Assembly (NCBI RefSeq): GCF_000143415.4
Contig: NW_003314283.1
Location: forward strand, 985,734-1,049,733
Length of the DNA stretch: 64,000 nucleotides
Reading direction: 5' to 3'
From: Selaginella moellendorffii
Lineage: Eukaryota; Plantae; Lycopodiophyta
The notes below the pieces were generated by a model. It saw nothing but the letters and a program-made list of their open reading frames with translations, did no database searches and had not been told where the DNA came from. The translations under genes and the position numbers were made by a program. Within the stretch, counting starts at the first letter, position 1. Each line of letters opens with the position of its first letter. Shown here in pieces: positions 1-11,993 of the stretch.

Positions 1-1073
1 GTGGTGAGCTGCCAGCCAGAGATCCAAGTTCCAGAATCGCTTCTGGACATGCTCGGGGAGATCAACGCTGGGCTGGATCAAGGATTTTCTCCCGTCTTGT
101 CCAGTGCTGGCACTGGTGGAGCGTACTGCATGCTGGATCGATCGGGAAGCAAGGCTCTGGCGATTTTCAAGCCCATGGACGAGGAGCCCATGGCTGAGAA
201 CAATCCGAGAGGCTTGCCACTGTCCATAAGTGGCGAGGGACTGAAGAGAGGGACCATTGCCGGGCAGGGAGCGCTCCGAGAAGTGGCTGCGTACGTCTTG
301 GATCACCCGAGGAGTGGACCGAGAGCTCTGGCCGGGAAGAACGAGAAAGGCTTCGCGGGAGTTCCTCCCACTGTCATGGTCCGCTGCTGCCACGCCGGAG
401 CGGCTTTCAGTGAGCCGGAGAAGCTGGGATCCTTGCAACAGTTCGTCTACTCGTGGAGCAACTGCGAGGACATGGGGCCTGCTCGTTTCCCCGTGGACGA
501 GGTGCACAAGATCGCTATACTGGATATCCGACTCGCCAACACCGATAGGAATGGTTCCAACATTCTGGTTTGCGAGTCGCCGGACACCTCTTCCATGGAG
601 CTCGTCCCCATCGATCATGGCTACTGCCTTCCAAGCAAGGTAAACCATCTCTCTCCGAGTTTCCAGATCTCTAAACTCGATCCATGCAGTTCGAGGACTG
701 TACGTTCGAGTGGCTAACTTGGAACCAGTCCCGGCATCCTTTCTCCAAGCCGAGCCTGGAATACATCGCTTCTCTGGACGCGGACAAGGACCTGGAGCTC
801 CTGGCGCAGCACGGGTGGCGGATTGGAGTCGAGTCGGCCAGAGTGCTGCGAGTCTCAACCATGCTGCTGCAGCGCGGGGCAGCTGCTGGGCTGTGCGCCT
901 TTGACATCGGCTCCATGATGTGCCGGGACGCGCTGGACAGCAAGTCGGCCATCGAGAGAATGCTGGAGGAAGCCGAGGGGTGTGTTCTTCCCGAGACGAG
1001 CCAAGAGGCGTTCATGGAGGCCCTGGCTCAAGTCATGGATTATCACTTCCAGCAAGCTCACACCCAACGGTAG
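1..1073 (+). CDS. Type II phosphatidylinositol 4-kinase gamma family protein, 3' part (5' end outside the window); exons 1-639 and 690-1073
   Basis: Motifs GTGGAYCM, IFKPMDEEP, REVAAYVLDH, GSLQQF, DIRLANTDRNGSNIL, PIDHGYCLP. The 50-nt GT-AG intron 640-689 joins ...LPSK to FEDCTFEWL in frame. Confidence 0.93.
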
Positions 1074-3951
1074 CTCTCTGTAATCATATTCTTCCCTTTC
1101 TATGGTTAAGCTTTGATCTCCACTCTCATGGTAAATGACTACCTTGCAACGTATTGAAGGCTATCCAATGTGCAAAGAACAGTTTGTGATCCAGTTAGAG
1201 AAAAAATGTCAAACTTTGAAGCTCCAGGCTAAAACACAGTTTAAAGCCTTCTCTTCCTCCTCTCCTGAGATTTTGCTTGTTTCCATCAGCAAGCAAGAAA
1301 TTAAACAGGAAGTTCTTACTTGCTCATGATCAGTTGTTTCTCTCCTATGCACTCAAGCAGCGATAAGTACAGCCATAGCTCCAGCTCCAAAGGCAAGCGT
1401 GCTGAGCAGGAGAAAGATCCACGATCCACGATCGAGCAAGCGACGTGCACGGTATCAACTCCATTTCTAATTCGAACCTAAAATGGACGGTTGGGAAACC
1501 GTGCCATTAAAAGTGTGTACATAAAACATCCAAATAAGTTTTGTTTGATTATTAAGGATTTTCAGCACTTTATTTAAATATTTTGAAATGCTTCTAATAA
1601 TGAATGAATTGGTGATCTTAAGCTTTTAGATTTATTTTAACTCACTTTTGTTTAGTATCAAGCTTCCTGATGATGAAGAAGATTATTAATAACATCTTTT
1701 GTCACTTCCACCAATTCAAATTGTATTGGCATTACCAATTCATTGCATTGCTAATTCAAATCAAATCTCCAATATAAATGGTATGGTATGTGAGTTGTTA
1801 TTATACAAGTGGAAGTCATTTATTATTAGACAACCATTAAATTATTAGATATTGAAGTAAGGAGGGGACTATAAATATAAACATGAGCAGATACAATTGT
1901 TTAATTATAAAGTTTTAAAAACAATACTTTTATAGATTATGTTATATCCTTTAGTAAGCTTAATATACAGTAATACTTATAATACCATTATTGTATTTAA
2001 ATTTTTTTAGCATGATTTATAAAAGTATATAAAATAATAGTTGCTACTTTTAATTAGTTTGAGATTTCCTCCCACACTAAGTATATTAAAAAATTAATAA
2101 ATAAAAAAATATAATTTTAAAATAATTATATTTTACATTTTTGTAAAATTTTAAGGCATTAGTTAAGTTTCACACTTTTATTGAACATAAAAAAAGATGT
2201 TTTGAATGGAAGAAAGAATTTATTAAATTATATTTATTAATTATTTGAAGATTTTTTCCAATTTTTATTTTGTTCTAATTAAGTAGACACATAAGATTAA
2301 CGTTAATTTGTTATTATCATAAAAAATTGTAAATTACTTTACATATATACAAATTTTAAATAAAGTTATTCATTAAATATATCAAAGGTTGCTACTCATA
2401 GATTATAGATACTAAGACATATCCAATAATAACAAAAAACTTTTATATTAAGTAGAATCGCTATGTTAAAAGCTGAAACAAGTGTGGTGATATAGGGGGT
2501 GTGATGGTTATAAAGGATATTAATTTTTAATTATTACCTTTTATAAAATTTTTGATATATTTATTTATGCTTATAACAACTAAGTTTACAAAAAACTTAA
2601 AATTTCTTTTGACCTTAATTTTATTACATATAAGCAATAGTGAAAAAATTTCTTGGTAGAAATCACAAAAATAAAAACTAAGTAAAAATATATCAAAACC
2701 TATATTAAAACTAATTAAGTTTTTAGTAGTTTATACATATAAAAATTTAATTTCTCATAATGATAAAATATTTTTCTGTTTATTGTAAATTATAATAGTA
2801 TTTATAAAAAAATGAGTATATAAATTTACATAGAACATTATGAGATGATGGTGACTGTTATTTCAATAATTTAGCTTTATGGGCTATAAATAAATATTAT
2901 AGAAATTCATTATCTACTGTTTAAAATATTTATTAATGTTTTTAAATATTTTTTATGGTTATTAGATACATTCAATTAAATGTTCCGATAAAAAAGTTTC
3001 ATTTTAAATATAAAAAAAGTTTTCATTGCTTAATCACCCAACTTCTCACCAAATCACACCACACCCAAAAATGAACTTCACTTATCTTATGCAATGTCTA
3101 AAAAATTATTAAAAAATCTAAAAACACTTAAACAACAGTCAGGTAAAAAACAGGTCCAATCACTTTGAGTTGATAGTGCTTAAGCATTTGATCAAGCTAA
3201 CTCAAACCTTCAACAGAATCATTGAAAAACACAATGAGTTCATAAAGATTCCTGACTTGGACCTTGATAGCATAAGCTCAGAGGCAGCAAAGAAAGTTTA
3301 ACATTGAGCACTCACTAAATTGGCGTAAACTCCTTTGCAAAAAAGTGAAAAAGGAAAAATAAAGTCACATAACATATTGTATATCAACCAATCCACACTA
3401 ATGTCTTTGGCGCTTGCATTCTGCTCAAAAGATGTTAGAGCAAACGATGGGATTGGCAACACATGCGTGAACAAAAGTCATCCGGATCATTTGGCTTGGG
3501 CTGCGTGAATGCTGCCATCAGCAGGCTGATTCACTGGTTGGATAATTCTAGCTGGAGTTGCTTGAGCCTGGTGACAAATCAAACCCAACTTCAAAAGCAT
3601 GCTCCAATTAACGTTGTACATATACATAGACTATAGATCACCTTTATGCCAATGTTTTGTATACAATGTAGACTTTCAACTGGTGATTCAGGAAACCTAT
3701 AACTGTTTCAAACCAAACCTAGAATTTAAACACTAGAAGTAAAAACTTTAGTGTAGATGAAGATTGGTCAACTAGGTTAGAGTAATTGATGCTTGCTACT
3801 TGCGCCAAATAATTCCTCGCCACGACCAGATTATATCAAGCGCTCTGGGCATACACTGCCAACCAGGAGAATTCCCCACTCGCCATGCCATCTGGACGAT
3901 GAGATGCTTGCTCGCGAGAATCTAGTGTTCTTCCATTTGGTCGAAGACTCA

Positions 3952-6570
3952 TCAATCCAATGAGCGGTTTGGAGGTGCCGAGGCGTTCATCGAGACCCTG
4001 GCTGAAGCTTCTTCCATCTCTATGGTTCCAAGTTGCAAGCTTTTGCTCTCCATGAGTTTCACCACTCCCTCACATCCATCACTCTTGGCAGCAGCAAGCC
4101 ACGAGCCCGAATCGATCGTCTTCCCGGCGGCACGAACACCACAGTCGAGATCCAGGTAGAGCTTCGCCGCCGACACCAAGGTCCCCCACTCCACACCCTT
4201 CGGTAGAACAGCCATGCTCTCGACGAGCTCCTGGGCATCATCCAGCTTCCCGGCCTTCCCAAGGATATCGATCATGCAGCCGTAGTGCTCTCCCACCGGA
4301 GCTATGCCGTGATCCGAGACCATCGACACGAAGCACTCGCGTCCCTCCTTCACCATACCGCATCCTATCAGCACGCTCGCGTACGAGACCTCGTCCGGCA
4401 AGACGCCCTCCACTTCCATCTCCCGGAAGAGCTCCATGGCCTCTCTCCCATGGCCGTGCCGGGCATACGCCGCCACCATTGCGTTCCAAGCTCTCACGTC
4501 CCGCTCCGGCATGGAGTCGAAGAGGCTCTTGGCTTGATCCACCTGGCCGCAGCGAGCATACGCCTCGAGCAAGCTCATGGACAAGATCGAGTTCCTGTCC
4601 GGCATCTCGTCCAGCAGCCACTTTGCCTCGTCCAGCCGCCCCGAGCTTGCGTACGCCGCCACCATCGCGTTCCAGGCCACCGCGTCCTTGACAGCTATGC
4701 CGTCGAACACCCTCCTGGCTTCCTCGAGGTGGCCGTCTTGTGCGTAAGCCACCACCATCGCCGTGGAGGATCCCTGCGTTCTCTCCGGAATGGTGGCGTA
4801 GAGTCCCTGCGCGAGCTCCAAGCTCCGCTCCCTCACGTACGCTTGCAGCATCACCGTCCACGAGGCCACGTCCCTCTGCGGCATCCTGTCGAAGATGGCC
4901 TTGGACTCTTTCATCTGTCCCGAGTGAGCGAACGCCACTGCCAGTGCCACCCACGCCGAGACGTTCCTCTCGTGCATCCTGTCGAAGAGCTTCTTCGTGT
5001 CGTGCAAGTGCCCGCTCTTCGAGAACGCCATGAGCAAGACTGTCCAGGCCGTCGAGTTCTCCCCTGGAACTTGCTCGAACAGGTCCATCACCTCCGGGAG
5101 ATGCCCATACTGCTTGCACGAGCACACCACCATCGTCCAAGTCACCTCGTTCCAGTAGCTCATCCTCTCAAACACCGCCTTTGCACGAGCGAGGTGGCCA
5201 GTCCGAGCATACGCGGAGAGCAGCGAGTTCCAGGCCACCAGATCCTTCTCGAGCATGTCGTTGAACAGCCTCCTCACGAGCTCCAGATGGCTGTCGTCGT
5301 GAGAGAACGCCTGGAGGAGGATCGTGTTGGATGCAACGTTGTGCATCGGCATCAGCTCAAACAAGGCCCTGGCATCGTCCCTGTATCCGTTGTGAGAGTA
5401 GGCCTCGAGCATCCTGTTCCAAGTCTCCAAACTCCGGTCCGGCATCCGATCAAACAGCTCCTTTGCATCGTCGAAACAGTCGTTGTCCGCAAAGGCCGAG
5501 AGCATGGTGTTCCACGACGTTGTGTTTGGATCCGGCATGATCTGAAAGAGCACCTTCGCCTCTTCAACTCGGCCACCTTGAGCATAAGCCGAGAGCATAA
5601 CGTTCCACGACACTGGATCCGGATCTGGCATGGTATGAAACATGCTCTTCGCTTCCTCCAGCCGGCCATTCTTCGCATACGCATTCACCACCGCGTTCCA
5701 CGAGATCACATCCTGTTCCGGCATCGAGAAGAAGAGCTCCTTGGCCTTGTCCACAAACCCGTTCTCAGCATACCCGCTTATCATGGCGTTCCAGGAGATC
5801 ACATCCCGCATTGGCATCCTCTTGAACAGAAACTCTGCCTCGTCGTGGAAGCCGCTCTGGCTGTAAGCCACCGTCATGGCCGTCCAAGCCACCACGTTCC
5901 TCGTCGGCATGGTGACAAACACCCGGAACGCGTGCTCGAGGTACCCGTTCTGGGCATACGCAGCAACCATCGCGTTCCAGGTGACCAGAGTTCTCTGCGG
6001 GATGGCGTCAAACAGCTTCTTGGCCTTGTTCATCTCCTTGTTCTGTGTATAGATTGTCATCATCGTGTTCCACGAGATAACGTCCCTACCCTGCATCCTG
6101 TCCCACAGCCTCCTGGCCTTGTGCAGTGCTCCATTCACGGCATAACCGGTAAGCATGGTGGTATAGGCCACGGCGTTCCTGTCCGGCATCCCCATGAACA
6201 GCCGCGTAGCGTCGTGCATGAGGTTGTTCTCCACGTAAACTTTGAGCATGAGCGAGTGCGTGTAGTCGTTCCTGTCCTTGATCCGGTCGAAAACCCATCT
6301 GGCTTCGACGACGCTGCCACACTTGCCATACATTTCGATGAGCAAATTGCTGAGGAACCTGCTGCCGCGGTACACGGATTCCCGGATGCAGGCGTGCACT
6401 CGCCGCCCTTCCTGCAGGTCCTTTGCATCTCCGCAGGCCTTGACGAGGCATATGAAGTTGTTTCTTTCGTTGCTCGCTTCCGCCAAGTTCTCCACCTCGG
6501 GCTGGAGATCAAGGTTTCTCGGAGCTGATTTGTCAAAATGCCATTTAGGTGGGTGGCGGATTTTCACCAT
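3952..6570 (-). CDS. PLS-class pentatricopeptide repeat protein with a long run of short (S-type) repeats; no DYW motif
   Basis: 872-aa intronless ORF with ~31-aa repeats of the type 'DVISWNAMISGYAENGFVDKAKELFFSMPE'; ends with HYGCMIDILGKAG and an E-like region. Confidence 0.93.
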   Translation of the reverse strand: MVKIRHPPKWHFDKSAPRNLDLQPEVENLAEASNERNNFICLVKACGDAKDLQEGRRVHACIRESVYRGSRFLSNLLIEMYGKCGSVVEARWVFDRIKDRNDYTHSLMLKVYVENNLMHDATRLFMGMPDRNAVAYTTMLTGYAVNGALHKARRLWDRMQGRDVISWNTMMTIYTQNKEMNKAKKLFDAIPQRTLVTWNAMVAAYAQNGYLEHAFRVFVTMPTRNVVAWTAMTVAYSQSGFHDEAEFLFKRMPMRDVISWNAMISGYAENGFVDKAKELFFSMPEQDVISWNAVVNAYAKNGRLEEAKSMFHTMPDPDPVSWNVMLSAYAQGGRVEEAKVLFQIMPDPNTTSWNTMLSAFADNDCFDDAKELFDRMPDRSLETWNRMLEAYSHNGYRDDARALFELMPMHNVASNTILLQAFSHDDSHLELVRRLFNDMLEKDLVAWNSLLSAYARTGHLARAKAVFERMSYWNEVTWTMVVCSCKQYGHLPEVMDLFEQVPGENSTAWTVLLMAFSKSGHLHDTKKLFDRMHERNVSAWVALAVAFAHSGQMKESKAIFDRMPQRDVASWTVMLQAYVRERSLELAQGLYATIPERTQGSSTAMVVAYAQDGHLEEARRVFDGIAVKDAVAWNAMVAAYASSGRLDEAKWLLDEMPDRNSILSMSLLEAYARCGQVDQAKSLFDSMPERDVRAWNAMVAAYARHGHGREAMELFREMEVEGVLPDEVSYASVLIGCGMVKEGRECFVSMVSDHGIAPVGEHYGCMIDILGKAGKLDDAQELVESMAVLPKGVEWGTLVSAAKLYLDLDCGVRAAGKTIDSGSWLAAAKSDGCEGVVKLMESKSLQLGTIEMEEASARVSMNASAPPNRSLD

Positions 6571-6638
6571 GGCTCTAAATTAACACCAGATACGAATGTT
6601 AGAAAACATAGAAGATTGCCAAATCTTAAACCGGAATC

Positions 6639-8369
<1,731 letters not shown>

Positions 8370-8466
8370 CGATATGATCTAAGACTTCTCTAAAGAACCA
8401 AGTTAAACTAATCACTCTTACAATACAAGCCGTCTTACCAAAATTTAGTTTTGTTTGGTCTATAGC

Positions 8467-9465
8467 TTACTTCTTTCTTCTTCGTTTTCTTGGTCGATCA
8501 TCTTCGTCCCTCGAGTGAGCATGATCCAGCCTACGCTCAACACGAATACTGGGAAACGCATCTTGGAGGGCTCCAAAGAATCTTTTCCATCCCACGTAAA
8601 CACCCTCGATCACCATCGCAGTGATATCCCTCGGGACTTCATCGACCGAGCCCTGAGCGATCCTGAAACATTCCAAATAGTCGTCCCTGTCCACGAAGTC
8701 GGGAGCCTTTCGCCAGCTTCCTCCAGCCTTGTCGACCAGAAGAACATTGGGAGAGACCATCGTCACGCTCTGCAAGATGTGTGCCAGCATGATCCTTCCA
8801 GTTCTCCCGTTTCCATCCACAAAAGGATGGATGCTCTCGTACTGGAAGAAGAACCTCCCGCCGAGTTTGAGCAGCTTCGTGGTCTTGTCCTGTGATCTGC
8901 TGCTGCTGAGAATCCTGCCAAGATCTCTGCTCGTCTTCCTCATGAGACCCCTGAGCGCTGAATCGATTCTCTCGGGTCGCATGAAGAAATGCTTGCCGTC
9001 TTTGTTGTCTACGTAGACAATCTCGGACAAGCTCCTGATTCTCCCGGCGATGCTCGGACGAGTGAAGCAAAACATCGACTTGTGAGAGTCGAGAAGCAAA
9101 CCAATCCCTCCACTGCCGAATTTCTCCTCACCCTGTCCAAAGAACCATGGCACAAGTGCTTGATTCAGGCCCCAGACGTTCTTGATCCGCTCGTCACAGT
9201 CGTCGTGCATCTCCATCTCCAGGACTCCATCCTTGTGGATTGCCTGTTGGGTCTCCTCCAAGGTATCAAACCCTTCGCCCTCGATCTTGTTCACTTGAAA
9301 GAGCCATTCTGTGGTGGCTCCAGGTGAGTAGCGCCTTGCCGCCCAATCCTTTTCTGGAGCTCCTAGATTCTCATACCTTGAGCGCATTCCTGAAATCTCT
9401 TCCACCATAGCGCTGGTGCTCATTCCCTTGCGCCGCCAAAAAGGGTTCTCGCGATACTCCTCCAT
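8467..9465 (-). CDS. Fic (Fido) domain protein 1, intronless, 332 aa, with a C-terminal basic NLS-like tail
   Basis: Canonical Fic motif HPFVDGNGRTGR; upstream VNKIEG resembles the (S/T)xxxE(G/N) inhibitory helix; C-terminus RPRKRRRKK. First in-frame ATG is at 9465. Confidence 0.9.
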   Translation of the reverse strand: MEEYRENPFWRRKGMSTSAMVEEISGMRSRYENLGAPEKDWAARRYSPGATTEWLFQVNKIEGEGFDTLEETQQAIHKDGVLEMEMHDDCDERIKNVWGLNQALVPWFFGQGEEKFGSGGIGLLLDSHKSMFCFTRPSIAGRIRSLSEIVYVDNKDGKHFFMRPERIDSALRGLMRKTSRDLGRILSSSRSQDKTTKLLKLGGRFFFQYESIHPFVDGNGRTGRIMLAHILQSVTMVSPNVLLVDKAGGSWRKAPDFVDRDDYLECFRIAQGSVDEVPRDITAMVIEGVYVGWKRFFGALQDAFPSIRVERRLDHAHSRDEDDRPRKRRRKK

Positions 9466-9559
9466 TAGCAAACCCAATGCTTTTGCCCTAATTTGCCAAG
9501 CTTTAAAGTCCCAAAAAGAGCATATTCGAGAATTCTCTTAGCATATTCTTGTCTTTCGT

Positions 9560-10512
9560 TTAGGGCAAAACAGAGAACTTGGCTGTTCTAAAGTGCTCCA
9601 GCTTGCCTTGCGCGGAGAATTTCCACGAGATCTTCCTCACCTCGCGCTCGCTCACCACCCAATGCGCCGCGCAGGAGAATTCCTCTCCCAATTTCACCTT
9701 CTCTGGAACGCATGCGGTGAATCCATAGGGCATATGGATCAGCGTGCTGTGTTCTCTGTCTTCGTCGCAATCTGGCTTGAATCCTCTCCAGATCGCTGGT
9801 TTTCTCGTCGCCAGGACCAAACCGGTGGGATAGAGCGTCGTCTCCTCTCCTACGAATTCCCCTGCTGGTTCCTCTCGCTCGGATTCCAGAGCCACTGTCG
9901 CAAGATCGTGATTCCAGACGCTCCCACGCCACGAATCCTCCGGGCGATCGTCCGTGTCCCGGCTCTCCTCGAGGATTTGGGACGCTGAGAGCGATCCGTC
10001 GGTGTTGTAGCTGACGATGATCGCTACCCTCGCATTCTTGCCTGCAAAGAACAGAGAATCTCTAGAGAAAAGAAAAGAGGGCATGGATGGACGATTCGCT
10101 CACCTGGAAGCATGAAGAACACCTCGCCGACCACTGGGCGCTGAGGGAAATCGATGTCCAGCCCCAGCCAGGCAAGATCGCCATTGGGAAAGACCAGCGT
10201 CCTGGAATTTGGGACCGCGGGGTGGATGATCCCGTCCGCGCCGCAGTGCTCTTGCCGATTGATCAGCCACGATTTGGGCGTCATCTTCCTCTCGGAAGCT
10301 CCGGCCGGATCATACCAATCGTTCCTGTGGAACACAACCGAGCCATCTGCGGCGCGAGATTGGAATGACCTGATGCTGCGGTACGTCCTGGCGATCTCTA
10401 GCGAGTCGCTCACCCGCCAGTTGATCCAGATGCCGTGCCAATGCTGCCAGTGAAATTCGCCAAACCAGCGCCATAGATCTTCCGGATTGAGCTTGCGCGG
10501 TTCTTCCGCCAT
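9560..10512 (-). CDS. DUF3598-like beta-barrel protein, 296 aa; exons 10512-10104 and 10041-9560
   Basis: The 62-nt GT-AG intron 10042-10103 joins the two ORFs in frame (MLPG|KNAR). Pattern WHGIW...RSIRSF...HRN...HPA...EVFF...R.AIIVSY...PEKVKLGEEF matches DUF3598 proteins as recalled. Confidence 0.72.
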
Positions 10513-10531
10513 AGCTAGAAATAAAGATTTG

Positions 10532-10605
10532 ACTTCCTGGCAGGATTCGAACCTCACCAATACGAAGTATTCATCACTGGCAGGATTCGAACCCTCGACA
10601 GTGAT
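10532..10605 (-). repeat. Two tandem hairpins carrying the tRNA T-loop/B-box motif GGTTCGAATCC
   Basis: Identical 17-mer CTGGCAGGATTCGAACC at 10537-10553 and 10577-10593; outer stems ATCACTG/CAGTGAT and ACTTC/GAAGT. Confidence 0.7.
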
Positions 10606-10807
10606 AGGGCATTTTAGGTTTCTTGGTTTGGGCGGGAGCGATGGTGATGGAGGCGATGGAGGCGATGGAGGCGATGGAGGCGGCGGAGGTCGTGGCGAGA
10701 TATGTTCTCCATGCCTCCGGCACAGGTAGGGCTGCGTGGAGAACCACGGCAAGGTATGATCGATCTATTGCGCTTGCCATCTCTTATTTTCGTTGATTGA
10801 TTCCCAG

Positions 10808-11835
10808 TTGCTGAGGCATTTCGTTCACAAGGAGGATTATGAAAGAAGGCGCCCGATGAAGCGTGACCCGGATCACGAAGCACAGATTTACATCGTCACT
10901 TTCTTGGTCCTTAGCCTCTCGTAAGTTTCTTCCTTTTCTTCCTCTTGTCTAGAATTTAAGGCCTTCTCTCAGGACCTCTGGCGTGGAGATTATCAAGTGT
11001 TGCAGTGGGTCTAACCAAGCGTGCGCCTTTCTAGCATTTTCGCTTCGACAAACAGTGGCGATTATTTTCGGTGGTGGTGGCGGGGAGCGCGTGGAGGTGG
11101 ACTATGAAACAGGAGAACACACTTCTTATGGGCGACTGGTATCCTTTTATCGCGCATTCAGGTCCTGTTTGGAGGAGCCATTTCCTCTCACGGTTGGGAT
11201 GCTGAGAAAATGGCATCGAGCTTTGGTTCCAGCCGGGGGAAACTTTCGTACCACAGACGTTTATGTCGGCTCCAGGGACTCGTGGCGTCCGTGTTTTCAA
11301 CTTGAGGAGAGACTGGCTGTTGTAGTCGACGAGCTCGAAAGAAGCATCCATGCTGCTGGTGGACGAGAGAGCTTAATCATCACAGCTGCTGGACGGTTCT
11401 TCTACGATTTCGAGATGATACACCCGTTTGCAGATGCAAATGGTAGAGTCGGGCAGCTATGTTTGTATTTTTACTCTCCGCCAGGTAAATGTTCCCTTTC
11501 ATTGGCACTAAAGGACTTTCGTTTTATCCCAGGTAATGCAGTTGCCAACGTTTCTATGGACATCAGTGGATGGCAATTCCTTGGACCGAGATGGCTTGAA
11601 TGCCTGCCTCGAAGGACCTGATGCCTCGGTGTTGATCGCAGCCATTCAGGCTGGGATTGAGTACGGAAGACACAGGGGGGTACGTAGGCTTTGCTGCATT
11701 AACCTTTTCTTTCTAGCTTTATAATCTTTGTTTGTTCAGCTGGACAAGATGCCATTGCGCTTAAACGACGAAGAAACAGCGATGTACAACAGGACGCTGC
11801 AGTATGGCCACGCTTACGCCAAGGCGATTCGATGA
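10808..11835 (+). pseudogene. Fic domain protein 2, multi-exon, with an apparent +1 frameshift (pseudogene or homopolymer error)
   Basis: LTVGMLRKWHRAL..GNFRTTDVYVG and HPFADANGRVGQ. Introns 10921-10972, 11485-11532, 11680-11739. Similarity to Fic1 (DRDGLNACL vs DRDDYLECF; IQAGIEYG vs VIEGVYVG) resumes only after a frameshift near the T5 run at 11468-11472. Both ends uncertain. Confidence 0.75.
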
Positions 11836-11993
11836 AGGCTTCTTGACTGGTAAGCTTTCTTTTCTATTGTCTTGTGTTTTGATTTCTTTTTAATCCTCAG
11901 AGAACACCATCCGCGATATCCTTCTCGAATTCTATTAAATCTATTGTTAGGTCAAGAGGAGCAATGCCGCGAAGAATGTGAGTATCTCACCAC

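Noticed and set aside
1500-3300. AT-rich block with a DDGDCYF string reminiscent of an OTU Cys motif
   Set aside because: Too decayed; probably a TE remnant, but no family or termini can be supported.
4285-6528. 747-aa plus-strand ORF antisense to the PPR gene (likewise 26770-28071 antisense to CHLP and other overlapping ORFs)
   Set aside because: Shadow ORFs produced by high GC3 codon bias on the real strand; no recognisable domain.
10532-10605. Possible tRNA gene or mini-CRISPR
   Set aside because: No D-arm or anticodon arm; only two 17-nt repeats, eukaryotic context and no cas genes. Kept only as a tRNA-like hairpin finding.
10513-10752. Pro-rich N-terminal extension of the DUF3598 ORF
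   Set aside because: Non-ATG start; it derives from a 9-bp microsatellite (GGCGATGGA)n that could equally be the first exon of Fic2 on the other strand.
8467-11835. Bacterial contamination as the explanation for the Fic/DUF3598 genes
   Set aside because: DUF3598 and Fic2 contain host-sized spliceosomal introns and are contiguous with plant genes.
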